The position numbers were made by a program, and so were the translations under genes. Source: Candidatus Latescibacterota bacterium (GTDB taxonomy: Bacteria > Latescibacterota > UBA2968 > UBA8231). From it: DNA of 64,000 nucleotides. This document shows, piece after piece, positions 57,834 to 64,000 of this stretch (positions are counted from its first letter, which is position 1; every line of letters starts with the position of its first letter). The stretch spans positions 5,632,001 through 5,696,000 of the forward strand of contig CBDETY010000003.1 of NCBI GenBank assembly GCA_965243025.1, read 5' to 3'. The notes under the pieces are model-generated. The model had not been told where the DNA came from. It saw only the letters and a list, made by a program, of their open reading frames with translations, and did no database searches.

Positions 57834-59066
57834 ATGGTCTGCAACTACGAGGAACTGGCTGCTCTGACCAGGGCGGCTCGAGCAGGGGATCTGCGCGCCT
57901 ACGGCCGAATCGTCGAGTTGACCCGCAACTCGGTGGAGGCGGCGGCGCGGGTAATCATTCACAACCCCGAAGATGCGGAGGATATCGCGCAGGAGACCTA
58001 TGTGCGCGCCTTCGGTCAGCTCGCAAACCTGCAGGACGCCGCCTCGCTGCCGGCGTGGCTCCAGCGCATCGCCCGGAACCTGGCGCTGAACCGCAGGCGG
58101 GCCAGCCGCTGGTCATTTGTCAGCGACTTCGATGTGTCGCAGATCGCCCAGCCGGATGCCGATGCCGATGAACTCGGTCCGGCGCTCGCCCGGGCCCTTG
58201 TCGGACTGGGCGGCGAGGATCGCCAGCTGTGCGAGAGATACTACCACGGCGGTTGGACCACGGCGCGTCTGGCCGGCGAGATGAAGATCAGCGAGGTCGC
58301 TGTCCGCAAACGTCTGCAACGCGTCCGCGAACGCCTGCGAAAGGGAATCGCCATGACCGGAATGGATCTGCCCGAGCGCATCGTCGAACTCCTGTCAAAG
58401 CCGAATCTGACCGCCCTGCCGGAAAACCCGGTGGGAGCTGTCTGGGAGGCATTCAAGCGTCAGTACGACGGTTTTTCAGAGGTCGAGCTCGAGGAGAGAA
58501 TCGACCCTGAAAAGGTCAGGGAGATCCTCGCAAATGCCGGCAATGGGCCGCTCGAAGAGTACCTGACAGCGGCGAGCCGCCAACAGTGGCTGCGGCGTGC
58601 GCTCACGGTGCCGATGGTGATGGAAGCAGCGGGCAGGGAGGCCCCGGTGCAGCTGATCGCCACGGGGAAGACCTACCGGATAGACAACGGGGAGGAGAGC
58701 AGTACCAAACTGCACGCCTTTCATCAGGCCGAGGTGCTGTGGGTCGGGGAAGGTTTGAGCGAGTGGCAGTTGATGGCGCCGTTCAGCGAGTTCATCCGGG
58801 AACTGAACCCGGAAATGGAGCTGCGCATCCATCATTTCGACTACTCGCTCCACTCGGAGCGGGGATGGAAGATTGCGGTTCAACTGCGGGGAATGGAATG
58901 GAGTTCGATCGCGGGGTTGGGTCGGATGAAAGCCAGTCTCCTCGAGGCCCTGGGGTACGACTCGGACCGGTTGACGGCCGTCGCGCTCGGAGTGGGTCTG
59001 GAACGCCTGGCCATGATGCAGTACGGCATCGATGACATCCGCCGGATGGAGGCCGAGCGCGTATAG
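57834..59066 (+). CDS. ECF sigma-70 factor fused to a PheRS alpha-subunit-like (class IIc aaRS) domain
   Basis: Sigma2 DAEDIAQETYV..WLQRIARN; sigma4 AVRKRLQRVRERLR; then NPV..GFSEV, GKTYR..FHQAE, GVGLERLAMMQYGIDDIR; alternative start GTG 57822. Confidence 0.88.
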   Translation: MVCNYEELAALTRAARAGDLRAYGRIVELTRNSVEAAARVIIHNPEDAEDIAQETYVRAFGQLANLQDAASLPAWLQRIARNLALNRRRASRWSFVSDFDVSQIAQPDADADELGPALARALVGLGGEDRQLCERYYHGGWTTARLAGEMKISEVAVRKRLQRVRERLRKGIAMTGMDLPERIVELLSKPNLTALPENPVGAVWEAFKRQYDGFSEVELEERIDPEKVREILANAGNGPLEEYLTAASRQQWLRRALTVPMVMEAAGREAPVQLIATGKTYRIDNGEESSTKLHAFHQAEVLWVGEGLSEWQLMAPFSEFIRELNPEMELRIHHFDYSLHSERGWKIAVQLRGMEWSSIAGLGRMKASLLEALGYDSDRLTAVALGVGLERLAMMQYGIDDIRRMEAERV

Positions 59067-59172
59067 GAGCTTCGCTCCCTGGCATCCATGGCTCGCGGCG
59101 CACCAACCGACTCGGAGAGGCGGAACTGCTTATGCGCGGTCCGGGTTTATCGAGGCTCCTGAAGGCAAGGCG

Positions 59173-59733
59173 TCACTCGGCGACGCACCGTCCATCCCTG
59201 TACGCCAGAACCGGTTCGTTGGGCACTGAGCAGTCCGAAAAATACTCGTAGCGCTCGTTCATATCGGCTTCAAAGGCGTTATACGCTGTCAGCCGCTCGG
59301 CCAGCGCCGTCGAGTCGGTGGACGAGGCGGAGTAAACAACGTACTCCCAGGGACCGCCGCAGGGCTTGGAGCCCAGGCCCACGTACCGACAGTCCTCAAT
59401 CGACGCGCCCGCAGCGTCCCCGACGAGGGCGTCGATCTCCCCTCGCATCTCCGCCAGCTGTGCACGGTCGCCTTCCTCGGTCCGCTGGTCGCCGTTGTTG
59501 TCTCCGACGACAGGATCCGAGTCCGTCGTGTCGGCGACCCCGGTGTTCGTCCCCGGTATCCGGGACTCCGCCAAACCGGCGACAGGGGCGCTGAAGGTCA
59601 GGCTGCTGGATATGCGTTTCCCGGCAGCCCCGGAATTCCCTGCCGGCTGGCCGGGTGAAACAGGATCGTCTTCACCGCATGCGCCCAGCGCCAGGACGCA
59701 AGCCAGGAAGTACAAAGCGGATTCTGATTTCAT
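59173..59733 (-). CDS. Lipoprotein with Cys-rich C-terminal domain
   Basis: Lipobox LGAC; CRYVGLGSKPCGGPWEYVVYS...SDC...GRC. Confidence 0.75.
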   Translation of the reverse strand: MKSESALYFLACVLALGACGEDDPVSPGQPAGNSGAAGKRISSSLTFSAPVAGLAESRIPGTNTGVADTTDSDPVVGDNNGDQRTEEGDRAQLAEMRGEIDALVGDAAGASIEDCRYVGLGSKPCGGPWEYVVYSASSTDSTALAERLTAYNAFEADMNERYEYFSDCSVPNEPVLAYRDGRCVAE

Positions 59734-59966
59734 GCCGGCCTCTCGTCACAAGCGAGGAGACAACCGGCGATCCATGCCGCCGCAGTCAAGTTTTGCATGG
59801 TCTTCCTTTCGTCAAGAGAGAGCCGCAGCCAGCACTGTGAGACCACTTGACCTGATGACAGGTTCCTCCACCTAGCGGCGCTAACTGCAGCCGCGTCAAC
59901 CTGCCCACAATGTAACCCTCGCCATCAACACCAGGCCCAGGGAATATGCGCCCGTACGACTGGATT

Positions 59967-60743
59967 CTACTGCTGTCCCGATTGGTGCCGAATCGATAGA
60001 TGTTCGGGGATGCCCTGTCCCATCACCATGGCGGCGACGTCGTCCTGCGTGACGTCGGAGATCTGGAAGTCGCCGACCTTTTCGCCGTGGCTGAGAATGG
60101 TGGCGCGGTCGGCGACCTCGAAGACATGGGGGATATTGTGGGTGATGAAAATCACCCCCAGTCCTTTTTCTTTCGCCGCGGCGATATAGCCGAGCACCTT
60201 GCGGGTTTCGCCGACGGAAAGAGCGGATGTCGGTTCGTCGAGAATGAGCACGCGGGTCCCGAAGTGAAGGGCGCGGGCTATGGAGATCGATTGCCGCTCG
60301 CCGCCGGAGAGAAGGGCGACGGACTCCTTCGCGTTGCGGATGTGTATGCCTATCTCACCCAGCGCCGTGGCTGCCCCGGTGTCCATCCTTGCCTGGTCGA
60401 AAAGCGTGAAGGGACCGACCCGCCTGACGAGCTCCCTGCCCAAGAAGAAGTTGCGCGCGATGCTCATGCTCGGGACGAGGGCGAGATCCTGGTACACGGT
60501 CTCGATCCCGAGGTCGCGGGCATCCTGCGGCGAGTCGAAGCGGACAGCCCTGCCCTCGAACTTCATGATACCCGAGCTCGGCGGATAAACCCCCGTGATC
60601 ACCTTGATCAGGGTGGACTTGCCCGCCCCGTTGTCCCCCAGGAGCGCGAGGACCTCACCCTCCATGAGGGTAAAGTCGATACCATCCAGCGCGACGATAT
60701 GCCCGAAACGCCGGCCGATATTGTTTAGCTCCAACAAGGCCAA
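59967..60743 (-). CDS. Sugar ABC transporter ATP-binding protein
   Basis: GDNGAGKST, LSGGERQ, LILDEPT. Confidence 0.95.
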   Translation of the reverse strand: MALLELNNIGRRFGHIVALDGIDFTLMEGEVLALLGDNGAGKSTLIKVITGVYPPSSGIMKFEGRAVRFDSPQDARDLGIETVYQDLALVPSMSIARNFFLGRELVRRVGPFTLFDQARMDTGAATALGEIGIHIRNAKESVALLSGGERQSISIARALHFGTRVLILDEPTSALSVGETRKVLGYIAAAKEKGLGVIFITHNIPHVFEVADRATILSHGEKVGDFQISDVTQDDVAAMVMGQGIPEHLSIRHQSGQQ

Positions 60744-60753
60744 AAACGGAGCC

Positions 60754-61932
60754 TCAGCGTTCCTTGCGCACGTAGTTGTTGATCACGACGGCCGCGATCA
60801 GGATGACCCCGATGGCGCCCCGGAAGGCATTGGAGGGCACCTGCAGGAGAACGAGCCCGGTGCGCAGCATGCCGGTCAGCGCGGTGCCGATCGCGGAACC
60901 GATCAGACTCCCATACCCCCCTTTGAGCAGCGTCCCTCCGATAACCACCGCGGCGATGACTTCCAGCTCCAGCCCCGTGCCCCGCAACGGGTCGACGCTT
61001 TTGAGGCGTGCGACCTGAACGATCCCGGCGAACGCGGCGAGGAATCCCGATATGACGAATGCGATCACCCGCACGCGGTCGATACGGATACCCTGAAGAC
61101 GGGCGGCCTGGGCGTTGCCCCCCGTGGCAAAGACCGCATTTCCAAACCGGGTCTGACTTAAAACGATCGCGAAAAGGGCGGTCAGTCCCAGCCACCAGAG
61201 AATGCAGGTGCGGTAGTACCCCGGTTCGATGCGTCCGTTGAGCGCGGAGAAGAAATCGATTTTTACCGGAGTCAGAGGATTGGGTAGAACTGCCTGAAGG
61301 ATGAGATAGCCGGCGAAAAGGACCGAGGCGGCAAGCAGGACTTTCGACTTGAGCGACCGGTTTCCCGCCCGCCAGATATCCCGCGCCGTCCACAGGACAA
61401 CCAGAAAAAAAACAAGCGCGAGTATAAGAACCACGGGACCGGGAATTTCGAGAATCGGAGGCTCGCGCGAGTAGTCGGCATAGCGGACGATGCGCCCGCC
61501 TGAAATAGCGGAAAGCGGAATGGCGCGATAGGCGAGCATCGTCCCCAAGGTGATGATGAAGGAGGGGATGCCGGTCGACACGAGGAGCAGTCCATTGATC
61601 AGACCGAGCAGGGAACCGGCGGTCAAACCAATACATGCCGCCAGCAGGATCGGCACGCCGTTTACGGTCGCAAAGAGAAAGGCGAGAGAGGACACCCCCA
61701 GGATGGAACCGACCGAAAGGTCGAACTCCCCGGAAATCATCAGGAGCGTAATGCCGATGGCGAGGATTCCCGGAACGGCCTGGCTGTTGAGGATGGATGA
61801 AATCGCGCTGTGGGAGAGAAAGGTGTCCGGAGCGGCCAGCGCGAAGACCAGAAAGATGACGGTGAAACCTGCCGCGGCCCCGGCTTCCGGAGAGCGCGCG
61901 AAACGTCCGCGAACAGCCTCGTAAAACTTCAA
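60754..61932 (-). CDS. Sugar ABC transporter permease (RbsC-like)
   Basis: GEFDLSVGS, IPSFIITLG, ATGGNAQAARLQG, IAAVVIGGT; TTG start after AGGA. Confidence 0.92.
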   Translation of the reverse strand: MKFYEAVRGRFARSPEAGAAAGFTVIFLVFALAAPDTFLSHSAISSILNSQAVPGILAIGITLLMISGEFDLSVGSILGVSSLAFLFATVNGVPILLAACIGLTAGSLLGLINGLLLVSTGIPSFIITLGTMLAYRAIPLSAISGGRIVRYADYSREPPILEIPGPVVLILALVFFLVVLWTARDIWRAGNRSLKSKVLLAASVLFAGYLILQAVLPNPLTPVKIDFFSALNGRIEPGYYRTCILWWLGLTALFAIVLSQTRFGNAVFATGGNAQAARLQGIRIDRVRVIAFVISGFLAAFAGIVQVARLKSVDPLRGTGLELEVIAAVVIGGTLLKGGYGSLIGSAIGTALTGMLRTGLVLLQVPSNAFRGAIGVILIAAVVINNYVRKER

Positions 61933-61939
61933 TTGATTC

Positions 61940-62908
61940 CTACCTGTAGCCGTCAGCAACCAACCCGGAAATGCGGTCGACATTCGCTGCGTCGATGGCG
62001 AACGGACCGGTGAGCACATCCTGCGCGAGGGTAAGGCCGTAGGCGTTGTTCAGGTAAAGAAAGGAAACGGTCAGGTAGCCCTGCAGATAGGGCTGTTGAT
62101 CGACAGCCTGGACCGTGTATCCGCCGCGGATGTGGTCGAATATGGCGGTGCTCGTGTCGTGGGTGACGTGCAGGATTTCGCCGGCTTCCTTTCCCTCTTC
62201 CTCCAGAAAGAGATAGAAGGCATCGGCCGGCAGCGGTCCGAGGGTGGCGATGGCGTTGGTTTCGGGGTGGCCGAGGAAGTAGTCGCGCAACAGGCCCGAG
62301 GACTGCTCGACATCGTTGGATATGGTCAGGCCGTCGACGGTGATTCCCCTTTCCTCGAGAATGCTCGAGAATCCGGCGAACCGCGCTTCGAGCCCGCTGT
62401 GTCCGAGCTCCTGTATGGGACATACGGCGCGCCGCACCGCGACCCCGCGTTTCTCCGCCTCGGCGAGAACGGCTCTCGCATTGGATTGGCCGCCGAGGTA
62501 CTCGCTGGCGCCGACGTAGAACTGCGTGGGCAGCGCGTTTTCGGTTCCGGCATTGGGGTCCGCCGTGTTGAGCACGATAACGGGGATGCCCGCCGCGTGC
62601 GCGCGCTCGACGCTCTCGCGGATCGCCTCCGGGTCCGGGCAGGTAATCCCGATGCCCTTGACCTTGTTGGCGATGGCGTCGTCGAGAAAATCGGTCATGT
62701 CCTCGATCGAAAAGGTGGGATTGCTCAGCCATTGCACGTCGACGCCATACCGTTCGGCCGCGTCTTCCATGCCCTTGATCACCACGTTCCAGAACGGATT
62801 CCCGGGCCCGCCATGGGTGACGAAAGCGAACTTGTAGCGCTCCTGGGCAACTGCGGAGTGCAGGCAAGCGAATACCAGGAATAGGGCGGGAATACAGCGG
62901 AAAATCAT
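61940..62908 (-). CDS. Sugar ABC transporter substrate-binding protein
   Basis: Signal peptide; NPFWNVVIKG, GIPVIVLN, VDQQPYLQGY. Confidence 0.92.
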   Translation of the reverse strand: MIFRCIPALFLVFACLHSAVAQERYKFAFVTHGGPGNPFWNVVIKGMEDAAERYGVDVQWLSNPTFSIEDMTDFLDDAIANKVKGIGITCPDPEAIRESVERAHAAGIPVIVLNTADPNAGTENALPTQFYVGASEYLGGQSNARAVLAEAEKRGVAVRRAVCPIQELGHSGLEARFAGFSSILEERGITVDGLTISNDVEQSSGLLRDYFLGHPETNAIATLGPLPADAFYLFLEEEGKEAGEILHVTHDTSTAIFDHIRGGYTVQAVDQQPYLQGYLTVSFLYLNNAYGLTLAQDVLTGPFAIDAANVDRISGLVADGYR

Positions 62909-63092
62909 TGGGAACTCCTGTTTTCGAGATGATGGCTCGCAAGCTAAGCAGCCCAAAAAGACCAAGTCAATCTTGCACGCCTGGAGGGTCGATCCGGGAT
63001 GATGGGGGCAAATAGGTGCTTGTCAGCGGTCCCCATCCTTCAGTTTTTCCCGAGCGGGAAAGAAGACCGGACATAACAAGGAGCAAAGACAA

Positions 63093-64000
63093 TTGAAAGC
63101 CCGACCTGACCTCGTCCCCGAGACCGAGCGGGACAATCTGGAAGTCATTCAGCTCACCGACGAGCCGATCCCCTCGTCGCATGTGTACATGGAGGCGCAG
63201 ATCTTCACGCCCGATTCGCGGCGGCTGATCCTCCACCGCTCGGCGCACCCGCACGGCTCCGATCCGCGGGACCCGGAGCACCAGTTTCTGATCTGCGACC
63301 TGGAAGACGACTGCAGCCTGACGCCGATCACCACCGAGCCTGGAACGACGGGGCCGTCCGTCTCACCGGACGGCGGCTGCCTGTACTACTTCGTCGATGA
63401 AACAGAGCCCGGAAAGGACGGACGACTGACGCTGAAGCGGGTCGGGCTGGACGGGTCTGACCGCGAGACCGTCTACGTCCTGGATCACGCGATTCCGGGG
63501 ACCGGTTTCAGGCTGAGCCGGCCGTATCCGCTTTCGACGATTTCATCCGATGGCCGGCGCATCGCCATCTCCGGATTCCTCGGGGACGGCAACAGCGCCG
63601 GGGCGCCCTGGGGCCTGATCGTCTTCGAGATCGAAGAGCCCTCCGTGCGGCTGGTCTTTCACGGTCCCAGCTGGTGCAACATTCACCCGCAGTACACGCG
63701 CGAGACGGACCCGGCGGCTGCCCACGACATCATGATCCAGGAAAACCACGGGAACACCGTTTCAGCCGACGGCAGGCTGGAACAGCTCGTCAGCGGGCGG
63801 GGCGCGGACATCCACCTGATCCGGGACGACGGCACGGACCTGCGCGACTTCCCCTGGGGCAGGGACGGGAACGAGTCCTGTCAGGGGCATCAGTGCTGGC
63901 AGGGGAGGAGCGACATTGCCATCACCAGCACCATTACGCGCGAACCGGACGAAAGACAGCTCATCTCGGGCAGGGAGGCAGCGCACGCCGGCGACGAAGG
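63093..64000 (+). CDS. Oligogalacturonate lyase/TolB-like beta-propeller protein (partial, runs off the window; absent from the ORF track)
   Basis: AAGGAG + TTG; MKARPDL...EVIQLT..SSHVYMEAQIFTPDSRRLI...SVSPDG...HPQY...GHQCW. Confidence 0.75.
   Translation, partial: MKARPDLVPETERDNLEVIQLTDEPIPSSHVYMEAQIFTPDSRRLILHRSAHPHGSDPRDPEHQFLICDLEDDCSLTPITTEPGTTGPSVSPDGGCLYYFVDETEPGKDGRLTLKRVGLDGSDRETVYVLDHAIPGTGFRLSRPYPLSTISSDGRRIAISGFLGDGNSAGAPWGLIVFEIEEPSVRLVFHGPSWCNIHPQYTRETDPAAAHDIMIQENHGNTVSADGRLEQLVSGRGADIHLIRDDGTDLRDFPWGRDGNESCQGHQCWQGRSDIAITSTITREPDERQLISGREAAHAGDE

Noticed and set aside
58353-59066. Housekeeping pheS
   Set aside because: Phe-pocket motifs are changed, there is no N-terminal coiled coil or pheT, and it is fused to a sigma factor
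1-64000. tRNA, rRNA, CRISPR, transposase or integrase genes
   Set aside because: None recognised by eye; tRNAscan-SE and Infernal were not run

Overview
A GC-rich bacterial chromosomal window. The gene content (PhyH/TauD dioxygenases, Gfo/Idh/MocA, a PQQ-like propeller, DUF4159, paralogous secreted FlgD/CHU_C-tailed proteins, C-terminal WGRIK motifs, an ankyrin protein) suggests a Latescibacterota/Gemmatimonadota/Poribacteria-like, possibly host-associated organism; this is inference only. About 55 CDSs are recognisable. They include catabolic genes, a small housekeeping block (rpsR, arfB, a SigA-like sigma factor, pepF, parC/parE, a DEAD-box helicase), a RelE/XRE toxin-antitoxin pair, a sugar ABC transporter and several deletion or frameshift relics. 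No rRNA, tRNA, CRISPR array or transposase was recognised. The most striking feature is an ECF sigma factor fused in one frame to a diverged phenylalanyl-tRNA synthetase alpha-subunit catalytic domain (57834-59066), in which the ATP-binding motifs are kept and the Phe pocket is remodelled. It lies directly downstream of a coupled pair of STAND-like ATPases, the second ending in six 42-aa TPR repeats. Other oddities are a dihydrolipoamide acyltransferase lacking its catalytic His, a lone Cys-free rpsR with an apparent ATC start, and a secreted-protein relic reduced to signal peptide plus C-terminal WGRIK motif. All family assignments are from motif recognition by eye; no searches were run.
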